Positions 45,998-55,664 of a stretch of DNA of 64,000 nt are shown in pieces. The stretch is from a virus (Duplodnaviria > Caudoviricetes), in IMG/VR virus record IMGVR_UViG_3300032327_000792; one strand, written 5' to 3'. Position numbers and translations under genes: made by a program. The notes beneath the pieces were generated by a model. The model had not been told where the DNA came from and searched no databases. It worked only from the letters and a program-made list of their open reading frames with translations. How positions within the stretch are numbered: the stretch's first letter is position 1; each line of letters starts with the position of its first letter.

Positions 45998-47744
45998 CCG
46001 TATTATAACTTGTGAAGCCGTTTTCTTTGACCACTTTGAGAATATTTTCCACACGACTGGCCAGTTCATCTTTGTGACTGACCAGCCAAATTGATTTGTG
46101 TCTATCGCGGCTCATTTTCTTAAGCAACGCCAATGAATTTTCAACCCCTTGTGTGTCCATACCGTTGTCGATCATTTCGTCAATGAACAAAACGTTGATA
46201 GGTTCATACAAACTCTCCCAAACATCACGGAAAGCCCACGACATACTTAGAATCAAACGATTACGTTCACCTCGACTCAAGTTATCAAAGTCTAGTTCAC
46301 GTCCTAGTTCTTCGATGCTCACAGTTAAGTCGTTTTGGAATACTACAGTATGTGGCAATCCAATACGATCTAAATAATGTGTTAGTCTGCTATTCAAGTA
46401 ACTCAAATTTTGTTCAATGATCTTCTTGCGAATGAAACTGTCCTTGCTGGTCAATAGTTTGAGCAAGAACTCCTGGTGCTCTTGCAATCGTGTGAGTCGG
46501 TTAAGCTCATCGTAGTCAATTGTTTGCAACGCTTGTTGAGCCATTTCAACTATTTGTTCTTCGTAGGGATCAGTTTCCACACGCTTATTTTCAATCTGTG
46601 CTTGTAGTCCTGCCAACGTGGCTCTGTGATGTATGGCATCTTCTTCTCGGTCATAGAACATCTTGGGTGGCTTGCCTATTTCGCCCAACTGGGTGATAGC
46701 AGTCTGTATTTCTGATACTGTGGTACTATCCGCATGGCATTTTGTTCTTGCATCTGCCAAATCTTTCTGCTTGCTCTCCAAAACTTGTTGGTGCTTCTTG
46801 TCGTGGAACGCTTGCCCGCATGTATGGCACTGATGACTCTGGAGGGACCGGATCTCCGCCTCCAATTTTTTGATAGTCTTCTCTTCACGTTGGACTTCCA
46901 ACTTTGAACGACTGATGGCGCCCTGGAGATCGTTGAAATCCCGGCGGCGTTGATCCCACGCCGAGTGTTCCCGGTGTGCCTGGATCTCTTCATCAATATT
47001 GATTTTCTGAAGTTCATCAAGGGCGACTTGTAGCTTCTGTATGTCTTCGGCATGTTTGGTAATCCACATTGTTTGTCTGCGTTTGAGACTTTCAATTTGT
47101 TCCTCAATACGCTTGTTAGCTTCAATCACAGCACGTATTCTAAATTCTTCTTGTGTGATACTATCTTTGGTTGCTTTGTTTAGTTCTTTGATACGATCAG
47201 CACGCTCACTGAGCATGGTGATACCCAACAACTGTTCAATTAGTGTGCGTTGATCATTGGCCTTCAAGCTCAAGAACGGTTCTGTGTAAGTGTTCAAGGC
47301 CATAATATGTTTGAACATGTCGTGGCTGAGTCCCATGGTTGTTTCGATGGCGTCTTGAGTTTCACGACTGTCACCTTGAGCATAGTCGTTGGCCGCTTGC
47401 TCTTCGTTGTTAACATAGAACTTCAGCACGTTAGGCTTACGACCACGTTCAATCTTGTACTCTTTGCCGGCCACAGCAAAATCCAAACTAACCAACATAT
47501 TCTTGCCATTAGTTTTGTTTACTAAATTGTCTTTGCGTATGTTGCTCAACGCATTACCATACAATGCGTAACTGAGAGCATTGATAATTGTGGTTTTGCC
47601 TGTGCCGTTTCTACTGCCGTCACCGCCTAGATCTAAGTTTTCGCCCAATACTAATGTAAGATCCCTGCGATCAAAGTTGATGGCTTGTGTTGCATTGCCC
47701 ACACTCATAAAATTTTTAACAGTTAGATTTTTAATATGGATCAT
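45981..47744 (-). CDS. gp46: Recombination ATPase subunit (Rad50/SbcC-like)
   Basis: Walker A GTGKTT, coiled coil with CHTC zinc hook, LSRGE signature, Walker B LFIDE and LVSH. Confidence 0.95.
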   Translation of the reverse strand: MIHIKNLTVKNFMSVGNATQAINFDRRDLTLVLGENLDLGGDGSRNGTGKTTIINALSYALYGNALSNIRKDNLVNKTNGKNMLVSLDFAVAGKEYKIERGRKPNVLKFYVNNEEQAANDYAQGDSRETQDAIETTMGLSHDMFKHIMALNTYTEPFLSLKANDQRTLIEQLLGITMLSERADRIKELNKATKDSITQEEFRIRAVIEANKRIEEQIESLKRRQTMWITKHAEDIQKLQVALDELQKINIDEEIQAHREHSAWDQRRRDFNDLQGAISRSKLEVQREEKTIKKLEAEIRSLQSHQCHTCGQAFHDKKHQQVLESKQKDLADARTKCHADSTTVSEIQTAITQLGEIGKPPKMFYDREEDAIHHRATLAGLQAQIENKRVETDPYEEQIVEMAQQALQTIDYDELNRLTRLQEHQEFLLKLLTSKDSFIRKKIIEQNLSYLNSRLTHYLDRIGLPHTVVFQNDLTVSIEELGRELDFDNLSRGERNRLILSMSWAFRDVWESLYEPINVLFIDEMIDNGMDTQGVENSLALLKKMSRDRHKSIWLVSHKDELASRVENILKVVKENGFTSYNTDVEIA

Positions 47745-48754
47745 AGATTTTGATAAATTTGTAACAATAATTTTGGATCGTAAAATTCACTGGAAATGTT
47801 TGTGATCTGGTCTGTGACAATTTGATCTACTGATTCAAACCTAACCTCTCCCGGCGCCATGTCGGTGTCAACGGCTGTGCTCTTGACTGGAATCAATGCC
47901 ATTTCTCTCAAGTTGTAATCTCGAACAAATGTATCTTTAATGAACGTTGCTTCTTCGTAGCTGATGTCAATGTCTAACTCAACTCTAACATGCATGTTTG
48001 GCACAAGTATAGTGGGTGCTGAATCAATCACTGTGCTTAACTTAGTTACCTTGTACAAAGGTTGTCCAGGCCATGCATGATATTCGGGCTTCTCTCCCCA
48101 GTTGACAATTGTACAACCACGCTTGTCGTCACCAGCATCGGCAAAGTTATGTGGGAAAGCATTGCCAATGTAGTTGATGTTGCGTCGTTGTTGGCGTAAA
48201 TGAAAGTGCCCCGAAAATACTTCTCCAACACCATCAAAGTGTTCAGCCTGTAGTTCTCCGTGGTCGGGCATCTCTACCATGGCATTCATTTTAAAATGTG
48301 GCAACTCAAAATGTCCTAGTACATAACGAGCACGGAGCTTGGGTATGCGTCGATAATCGTCTCCTACAAGCCAAGGAGCAATGACTACATCCTCGTCTTG
48401 GAACCAATCGTTGACCACAATGATGTTGGGAATATGTCTGGCCCATTCCGCACCATGAATATCACGTCGATCACGATAGTACAAATCGTGATTGCCCGGA
48501 ATAAAGTAAAATCTATCAAATGCTCGGCTTAACTTTTCCAAACTGCGTAAACTAAAGTTCAGGGTTTGTAGATTCAAGCTGGCTCTGTGGTGATGCCAGT
48601 CCCCAAGAAAGAAGCCAGTTTCGCAACCTTGTGTTTTGCCCAATTCAATAGCCCAGTCCACAAACGCTTCGCAATCTTGGTTGTGGACTAGGCTGTTTGA
48701 CTTTAGGCCAAAATGTATGTCAGTAAAGAATAGTGCTTTTTTAAATAGACTCAT
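47741..48754 (-). CDS. gp47: Recombination nuclease subunit (Mre11/SbcD-like)
   Basis: DIH, GD, GNHD, GH and GHFH metallophosphoesterase motifs. Confidence 0.95.
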   Translation of the reverse strand: MSLFKKALFFTDIHFGLKSNSLVHNQDCEAFVDWAIELGKTQGCETGFFLGDWHHHRASLNLQTLNFSLRSLEKLSRAFDRFYFIPGNHDLYYRDRRDIHGAEWARHIPNIIVVNDWFQDEDVVIAPWLVGDDYRRIPKLRARYVLGHFELPHFKMNAMVEMPDHGELQAEHFDGVGEVFSGHFHLRQQRRNINYIGNAFPHNFADAGDDKRGCTIVNWGEKPEYHAWPGQPLYKVTKLSTVIDSAPTILVPNMHVRVELDIDISYEEATFIKDTFVRDYNLREMALIPVKSTAVDTDMAPGEVRFESVDQIVTDQITNISSEFYDPKLLLQIYQNL

Positions 48755-48766
48755 TCAGTAAGTATA

Positions 48767-49663
48767 CTACTCTTGATCAACGTTTACGACCGGTCCGGCA
48801 ATATGATCAGGATTGGCTTTGCCAGCGTTCTGTCTGGTCCATGACGGATTTAACCCGTTCATTTCCAAGATGTCATCGCGGATGTTTTGATTTTTCTTTT
48901 CCAAATTGAGAATACGAGTAAAGCTGTTGGTGATTGCAGCTGTATAATAAGCAAATGGGTTTTGTGATTTGGATTCATCAAATTGTAGACCAATTTGACT
49001 TAACTGTAGCAGAGCTTGACCGCGCATTTCTTCGTTGTAGGTATAGCCACGCCAGTTTGATCTAGTGGCATAGCGTTCGCACAACTTCATAAACATTGTG
49101 GCCAATTTACGAGTCATTTGTCCGTGATCTTTGCTAAACTCTCCGTTTTTGAAGTCACCACGCCAGTGACTGCGACCTACCACAAACGGTTGCTTGTTTT
49201 CATCGATTCTGTAGTGTTCAAATGGAGGAAAGTTCACACGCATGCGAGTTGTATCCAGCACTGGTTCATCAATTAAATCTGCCAGTGGGTCATCTTCTAT
49301 GACATCAAACTCCAGTATATCTTCTATTTTCTTCTTTTTTGTGGCACTTTTAGGCACTTTCTTGGGTGCCATTGGTATGTGTTCCCAGCAGGTGATACGA
49401 AACACTAGATCTGTATTGGGTATTTTTTTAGGATCCACAACAGTGCCCTCTCTCTTTAATCTGTCGGCTCTATTGCGTCGAGCCTCGGCAATTGTGCGCT
49501 GATTGATCTTTTCTACAGTGGGCAAAATAATGTCGTACTGATGATCTGCCACAGGATCTAGGTATGTACAGTAGGTATTTTTGCTTAGGTGTATTTCTTT
49601 TAAGATATCTCTGTTGTTGAGATAGTTGACTTTTTTAGTGGTAGTAACGGGCGTTGTGGCCAA
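48767..49663 (-). CDS. gp55: Late-transcription sigma factor
   Basis: NWRGYTYNEEM, QFDESKSQNPFAYYT..I.NSF.R.L..EK motifs; upstream of gp47/gp46 as in T4-like phages. Confidence 0.85.
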   Translation of the reverse strand: MATTPVTTTKKVNYLNNRDILKEIHLSKNTYCTYLDPVADHQYDIILPTVEKINQRTIAEARRNRADRLKREGTVVDPKKIPNTDLVFRITCWEHIPMAPKKVPKSATKKKKIEDILEFDVIEDDPLADLIDEPVLDTTRMRVNFPPFEHYRIDENKQPFVVGRSHWRGDFKNGEFSKDHGQMTRKLATMFMKLCERYATRSNWRGYTYNEEMRGQALLQLSQIGLQFDESKSQNPFAYYTAAITNSFTRILNLEKKNQNIRDDILEMNGLNPSWTRQNAGKANPDHIAGPVVNVDQE

Positions 49664-49688
49664 GGTTCAATCTCCTAATAATATACTT

Positions 49689-49716
49689 ATTATACAATAG
49701 TTTACCCTGTTGTCAA
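49689..49716 (-). promoter_or_regulatory. Sigma70-type promoter of the gp55-gp47-gp46 operon
   Basis: TTGACA-16-TATAAT consensus. Confidence 0.8.
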
Positions 49717-49760
49717 CCTTTTCTTTATGTTAGTCTATTATTATTTGGTTAAATACAGCT

Positions 49761-50135
49761 ATGGAAACCAATGATATTCAACCACGTGCAGACTTAGCGG
49801 ACTCTGCAGACGTGGCTCAAGAAACCACAAAAAGTTTGCTAGAACATGCCCGAGTAAAAAACATTGTGTCAGATGGCGTATTTATCAAGGCCTATTCAGT
49901 GCCACAAGGTGTGAAGTTGTATACCAAACAATTTGCCACAGATCATGTGACTATACTAGCACAGGGCAATGTGTATATAGAAGGTCCAGATTACAAAGCC
50001 AAGCTCACAGCTCCAGTTCACGTGTTGCTCAAGGCCAACACACGGTATGCAGTGGCCACCTTGGATGACTGTGTGTGGTATTGTATTCACCCCACAACAG
50101 AAACCGATCTTGACGCCATAATCAAGACATTTTAA
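49761..50135 (+). CDS. Cupin-fold protein
   Basis: GVFIK...VP.G, DHVTILAQG.V and DCVWYCIH.T.ETD motifs. Confidence 0.6.
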   Translation: METNDIQPRADLADSADVAQETTKSLLEHARVKNIVSDGVFIKAYSVPQGVKLYTKQFATDHVTILAQGNVYIEGPDYKAKLTAPVHVLLKANTRYAVATLDDCVWYCIHPTTETDLDAIIKTF

Positions 50136-50145
50136 GGAACAACAA

Positions 50146-52371
50146 ATGAGTATAGGCGGATTTGATATTGGAGGGCTGGTTGGCGATTTTGGTGGAGACT
50201 TATTTGGGGACTTTGCCACAGACTTTGCCGGCGACTTTCTCAGCGACTTTGCTGGCGATCTTGCACTAGACACATTTGTTGATGGATTTGGCACAGAATT
50301 TCTCACTGACATTGGTGGATCCTTTATGGACATTGGCGGCGACCTGTTCAGTGGTGCCGGTGAATTTTTTGGAGACATTGGCGGCAGTTTGTATGATCAG
50401 GTTGGCAGTTTTGCCGGCGATGCTGACTGGTTCAATGCCACCAGCTTTGGTAGTATCTTAGATTCAGCTGGTGTAGGCATCAGTGAATTTTTTGGTGATG
50501 TCACAGGATCACTCAGCGGTATCACAAATTATCTCCCTTCATCAATCAGCAGTATCACAGGTGCATTGCCATCGGGTATTACCAGTATTCCTGGGATTGG
50601 ATCAATTGTCAACGGCGCCACCAGCATTGGAACAAATTTATTGACCACAGTTGTTGGATCAGCGGTGCCAACCGGCACAGCATTGATTGGCAATGCAATT
50701 GGTGTCAACCCAGCACTGATTGGCGCAACACCAAGAGGACAATTTCCTAGTCTAGGATCAATTGTTGGCGGCACCACCGGAATCAATCCAAACATTGTGC
50801 CCGGAATTGGCGGCGGCGGCATTTCGTTAGGATCAATTTTAGGTACACCAGGATTTGGATCGACCACCGGATACAACACCAGAACTCCTGGAATTGTTCC
50901 AACGTCAGGATTCAGTATTGGTGGAACATTGGATTCGGCGCTGGCGTTTGTCACTGGATCCAGAACTGCTCAAGCGCAACCAAGACCAGTCAATACCACA
51001 CTGCAATTTCCTGACAGTGCCTACAGCAGTACTACTGTAAACATTGATATTGCCGGAGTTGGCATCAACACAGGTGACACAATTGCACAAGACCCAACGC
51101 GAGCAACCAGCACTGGCGGCAACTTCACTGAATTTTACAATTCTGAAACAGGCCTGTATGACGTATTTGATAACGACACAGGCACCACTGTTCAAACAGG
51201 ACTCAGCGAACAGGCAGCAATTTTAGCAGCACAAGATTTGAGCATAGGAAATCCTGCGCAGGATCTCAGTGAGCGGGCAGTCAATATCAACCCCAACAAT
51301 TTTCCGGCCTATGACGACGAAGGCAACTTATTACCTGGATACGAATTAGACGGAGATCAAAATCCTTACTTTGCAGGGTTTGGGCCTATTCAAACCAATG
51401 CTGCAGATGTCAATCTTGCAAACTTTCCGGCCTATGATGACGAAGGAAATTTGTTACCTGGATATCAATTAGACGAAAACAACAATCCTGTGTTTGTAGG
51501 CGGTGGTTTTGTTGAACCTTCAACCCGGGCACTAGCTGATGCTGACCGCACCGCAGCCTTGAGAGATCAAGCTCGCCAACAGCAAACCGTGAGAGATCAA
51601 CGTCAAAACCGAGCACAGGCCGGCGATTGGCGTGTGCGTTTGAGACTGGCACCACAGTCAAACTATCTATACAACGATCCACAGTGCGGACCTGTGCTTT
51701 GGCCATTGCGCAACACCGACGGAGTGATATTCCCTTATACACCCAAAATTGACACAGCCTACAAAGCAGAATACGACGCATACAATCTAACACACTCAAA
51801 CTACAGAGGCTATTTTTACAAAGGCAGTTATGTTGATGCCGTCAACATCAACGCAATGTTTACAGCCCAAGATACTGCTGAAGCAAACTACTTGTTGGCA
51901 GTGATACATTTCTTCCGCAGTGCCACAAAAATGTTCTATGGTCAAGATGCACAACGTGGATCACCTCCTCCGTTGGTATACCTGTCAGGACTAGGAGATT
52001 ATCAGTTTGCTGAACACCCTTGTGTAATTAGCCAATTCAACTATAACTTACCCAGTGATGTAGATTACATACGAGCACAAAGCGGCAGCTCCAACGGAAC
52101 CAACCTGCAGATTCAACGTGATCGACAAACCATTGCCGGCAATCCATTGAGCTATGCACTACAAAGATTGGCCACTGTGGGTTTGACCAAAGGCGCATTG
52201 CCCAATCGTCTGGCCAGTAATACATTGGGTCTAGACAACCCAACATATGTGCCCACCAAAATAGACATTGTACTCACACTGTTCCCAATACAAAGCCGAG
52301 AGCAAGTCAGCAAACAATTTAGTCTTAAAAACTTTGCCAATGGCAACTTACTTAAAGGAGGGTTCTGGTAA
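50146..52371 (+). CDS. Baseplate/tube-junction protein (gp48/gp54-like C-terminus) with long low-complexity N-terminus
   Basis: C-terminal DWRVRL, GVIFPYTP.I, LTHSNY, FTAQD..EA.Y.LA..HF.RS.TKMFYG and PP.VYL.G.G motifs. Confidence 0.6.
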   Translation: MSIGGFDIGGLVGDFGGDLFGDFATDFAGDFLSDFAGDLALDTFVDGFGTEFLTDIGGSFMDIGGDLFSGAGEFFGDIGGSLYDQVGSFAGDADWFNATSFGSILDSAGVGISEFFGDVTGSLSGITNYLPSSISSITGALPSGITSIPGIGSIVNGATSIGTNLLTTVVGSAVPTGTALIGNAIGVNPALIGATPRGQFPSLGSIVGGTTGINPNIVPGIGGGGISLGSILGTPGFGSTTGYNTRTPGIVPTSGFSIGGTLDSALAFVTGSRTAQAQPRPVNTTLQFPDSAYSSTTVNIDIAGVGINTGDTIAQDPTRATSTGGNFTEFYNSETGLYDVFDNDTGTTVQTGLSEQAAILAAQDLSIGNPAQDLSERAVNINPNNFPAYDDEGNLLPGYELDGDQNPYFAGFGPIQTNAADVNLANFPAYDDEGNLLPGYQLDENNNPVFVGGGFVEPSTRALADADRTAALRDQARQQQTVRDQRQNRAQAGDWRVRLRLAPQSNYLYNDPQCGPVLWPLRNTDGVIFPYTPKIDTAYKAEYDAYNLTHSNYRGYFYKGSYVDAVNINAMFTAQDTAEANYLLAVIHFFRSATKMFYGQDAQRGSPPPLVYLSGLGDYQFAEHPCVISQFNYNLPSDVDYIRAQSGSSNGTNLQIQRDRQTIAGNPLSYALQRLATVGLTKGALPNRLASNTLGLDNPTYVPTKIDIVLTLFPIQSREQVSKQFSLKNFANGNLLKGGFW

Positions 52372-52670
52372 TGGCCAATTACGATTCAACCAGCCCGTAT
52401 TTTACCACCGGCTATAGTCAATTTTACCTCGACGTCATGGTCAACAGACCTATACCTAAATTGCCCGACGATTTACAATTCACGATCAATCAGACCTATC
52501 AGTATAGACCAGATTTGTTGGCATTTGACCTGTATGAAACTCCCACACTGTGGTGGGTATTTTATCAACGTAACCCCAATGCACTATCAGCACCTCCGCT
52601 GGATTTTGCCGAAGGTGTCACAATCTATCTACCAAAAATAACAACCCTACGAGAAGTGTTGGGATTCTAA
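52371..52670 (+). CDS. gp53: Baseplate wedge protein (LysM-like)
   Basis: YQYRPDLLAFDLY..P.LWWVF..RN motif. Confidence 0.8.
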   Translation: MANYDSTSPYFTTGYSQFYLDVMVNRPIPKLPDDLQFTINQTYQYRPDLLAFDLYETPTLWWVFYQRNPNALSAPPLDFAEGVTIYLPKITTLREVLGF

Positions 52671-52671
52671 C

Positions 52672-55650
52672 ATGGCCAATATTGGATCTTTAGTTGCACA
52701 ACGCAATGTACTACAACGGGAATTAGCTGATTTAGAAATTGAAAGAGACATTGCGCAACGCACAACTCCAGGTTTGGTTCCAGGACTAACGGCTCAAATT
52801 ATTGCCAAGCAACAAGAACTCAACACAGTCAACATACAGATTCAGCAATTGCAAACTGAAACTGCCAGCGCCGGCAATCTAGTTAATGATGATGCACGAG
52901 CCACGGTGCCAAACTCAAGAGCACAATCACCCGAGGCCGGCCCACTGTTGTTGAACGAGGATGGCCGAATTGAATCTCCACCAGATACAAACAGCAGCAC
53001 CAATGCATTACCATCAGTTTCTCTTGCCAACGAAGACTCTGGACTCAACGGTCCTGTTCGTCGAATTGAAGAAACACAAAGTACCAGCCCCGGCAACAAT
53101 GAAGAAGGTGGTCCACTATTATTAAATGCTGAAGTTGATGGCCGAGAAGAATTTGACGGGTCACCATCTGTATCAACCAGTGTTGGAGGAGTTCCAGGCG
53201 CAGGAGCCCCCCGAGATGACACCACTAGCAAAAATGCTACCAAGGTTGAAATTGACAATGCATTCAACGAAGAAAAAATTGTGCCACAACCCAACATACT
53301 TGATCAATATGCCAGCTATACCTATAGTGCCAGTCTGTATCTAATGAATGCCACTGATTATCAAGTCATGATGAAAACCAAAACAAAACAGTTAAGAGGT
53401 GCACAATTGTTGATGCAAAGTGGCGGAGCACCTGTGGGCGGTCGTAATCAATATTTTACCAATGACTATTATATTGAACGCATTGAATTGCGATCTGCCA
53501 TCACAGGCAAAGGTACCAATGCTGCACACAATGTCCACACTGTGAAAATGACAGTGGTAGAACCCAATGGTATTACACTGATTGGCAATCTTGATCGAGC
53601 TGTGCAAGCCTATCTTGGCACCGCCGAGGGAAAAAAGAAAAACTTTGCTGCGCAGATGTATCTGTTGGTCATACGTTTCTACGGATACGATGCACAAGGC
53701 AATTTGGTCAAAGCAGGCACTGTAGCACCAGACGGCATCAGCGATCGATCAGCATTTGTTGAAAAATGGTATCCGCTGGCCATAAACAAAATTGATTTTA
53801 AAATAGCCAACAAACTAGTTGAATATGAAATTGAAGCCACAAGCCCTAGTTATCAAGTTCCAGCAGGTACCAGCCGAGGATCAATACCTTACAACGTTGA
53901 ACTCAGTGGAGTCACTGTAAAAGATGTGTTAAGTGGACCGGCGCAGTATACTTCTGTTACCACTACAGGCGGAATTCAAAATGATGACGAAGGTGTTGCA
54001 TTGTTACCAGCAGATCAAGGTATAGGGGGCACTACCACAACCACTAACTCTGCTCCTGCCAAAGCCAGTGCAGCTCCATCAAACAAAACAACAATTCGCC
54101 AAGGTTTGTTTGCAGCCATGAATGAATATCAGGCACAATTGGTTCGTGACGGAATATACACCTATCCTGATAACTACAGCATTGAGTTTGTAAACGCCAG
54201 TCTTGAACAGGCCCTAATCAAAAACAAAGGATCCACTGACAAGAGCAAGGTTTCAAATTCGACCAGTCAGAATGCAGCCAACAAAAAACTTGGCACCAAA
54301 CAAAGTGTTGACAACAACAGCAAAATTGCCACAATCACAGCAGGTAGTCAAATAGTACAGGTAATTGACCAAGTGGTTAGAAATTCCAGTTATCTTGAAG
54401 ATCAACAAATTGTGATCTTTGATCCCAACTCACAAAAAGAAAAACCCAACGGTGCTGCTGCTAGTAACTTGGCCTATTTCAAGATTGGACTACAGGCCAC
54501 ACCAACCAAGTACGATCCTTTACGCAATGACTATGCCTACGATATCAAATACTCAGTAAACATCTATAGAATCAATGAATCCGGCAGTAATTATTTTTAT
54601 GTACCCACATTCAAAGGCGTACACAAACAATACAATTATTGGTTCACAGGAGAAAATAATTCTGTTCTAAGCTATGAACAGACCATGAATACCCTGTATA
54701 CCAGTGTGCTCAGCGGCGGATCCAGTAATCCTGCAACTATAATCAACGATGCAATGAAATTTAACTTTGATCCTCGCAGTAATCAAAGTAGTCAAGGTGC
54801 CGATGGCAAAGTCAACGAAACCAAAGCCAACTTGGCAGACTATTTGTTCAATCCTGGAGATCTAGCAAATGCTACTTTGACTATAGTAGGAGATCCTGCA
54901 TGGCTACAACAAGGTGAAGCATTTGCTGGGATTAGAAAAAATGATCCATTTTATTTTAGAAGTTTCTTGGCCGACGGAACCATCAACTTTGACAGTCAAC
55001 AAATTTGTTTTGAAATATTAATTAATTCTCCGCGAGACTACAATCTTTCAACTGGATTGATTGATCCAAACGAGCAGACAACCTATTTCTTAAATGGTCG
55101 ACAACCGGGTGCTGCAAGACAAAGTTATGTGTATCGTGCCAATGAGTGCATCAGCGAATTCAATCGAGGCAAATTTACCCAAACACTCAAAGGAACGCTG
55201 AACACCTATTATCCAGATCAAACATTCAAAGCCAACCAGTCTATTGCCGCAGGTATACAACAAGACACTATTAACTCATTGCTTCAGCAAGCAGCCAGAT
55301 CCGGATTGTCTGGATCATTTGGTTCGCTAGTGGGAGCATTGTCAACACCGGCCTTTTTGAATAACCTAGCAGGAACTGGGCTAACTAATCTTGCAGTGAA
55401 CACTGGATTGAATCTTGTAAGTGGTGCGGTAAACAACATACTTGGCAGTTCTCCCACTAGACCATCCTCGGTGGCTACAGCACCAACATCGTCGGGCTTA
55501 CCTGTAGGTACTACCGCAACATTGGTAGTACCAGAATCACAAATTAATCGTGCAGTTGATCTTGGGCCAGCACCTCCGCAAACATTGGCAGCAGGCGATG
55601 ATGCCGGAACAGAAACCAATGGTCCAGAACTGCTCAATAGAGAAACATAA
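52672..55650 (+). CDS. Baseplate hub protein (gp27-like), large
   Basis: 992 aa between gp53 and gp5; PNILDQYASYTY, VEP.GITL and I.GDP.WL motifs. Confidence 0.55.
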   Translation: MANIGSLVAQRNVLQRELADLEIERDIAQRTTPGLVPGLTAQIIAKQQELNTVNIQIQQLQTETASAGNLVNDDARATVPNSRAQSPEAGPLLLNEDGRIESPPDTNSSTNALPSVSLANEDSGLNGPVRRIEETQSTSPGNNEEGGPLLLNAEVDGREEFDGSPSVSTSVGGVPGAGAPRDDTTSKNATKVEIDNAFNEEKIVPQPNILDQYASYTYSASLYLMNATDYQVMMKTKTKQLRGAQLLMQSGGAPVGGRNQYFTNDYYIERIELRSAITGKGTNAAHNVHTVKMTVVEPNGITLIGNLDRAVQAYLGTAEGKKKNFAAQMYLLVIRFYGYDAQGNLVKAGTVAPDGISDRSAFVEKWYPLAINKIDFKIANKLVEYEIEATSPSYQVPAGTSRGSIPYNVELSGVTVKDVLSGPAQYTSVTTTGGIQNDDEGVALLPADQGIGGTTTTTNSAPAKASAAPSNKTTIRQGLFAAMNEYQAQLVRDGIYTYPDNYSIEFVNASLEQALIKNKGSTDKSKVSNSTSQNAANKKLGTKQSVDNNSKIATITAGSQIVQVIDQVVRNSSYLEDQQIVIFDPNSQKEKPNGAAASNLAYFKIGLQATPTKYDPLRNDYAYDIKYSVNIYRINESGSNYFYVPTFKGVHKQYNYWFTGENNSVLSYEQTMNTLYTSVLSGGSSNPATIINDAMKFNFDPRSNQSSQGADGKVNETKANLADYLFNPGDLANATLTIVGDPAWLQQGEAFAGIRKNDPFYFRSFLADGTINFDSQQICFEILINSPRDYNLSTGLIDPNEQTTYFLNGRQPGAARQSYVYRANECISEFNRGKFTQTLKGTLNTYYPDQTFKANQSIAAGIQQDTINSLLQQAARSGLSGSFGSLVGALSTPAFLNNLAGTGLTNLAVNTGLNLVSGAVNNILGSSPTRPSSVATAPTSSGLPVGTTATLVVPESQINRAVDLGPAPPQTLAAGDDAGTETNGPELLNRET

Positions 55651-55664
55651 TTTTAGGATAGGCA

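Noticed and set aside
46676-47125. 149-aa overlapping ORF inside gp46
   Set aside because: Best explained by stop-codon depletion in the local GC-rich patch; no initiation signals.
33447-47744. Inteins or introns in capsid, portal or gp46
   Set aside because: Lengths and motif order are normal; no C/S...HN splice motifs or frame interruptions seen.
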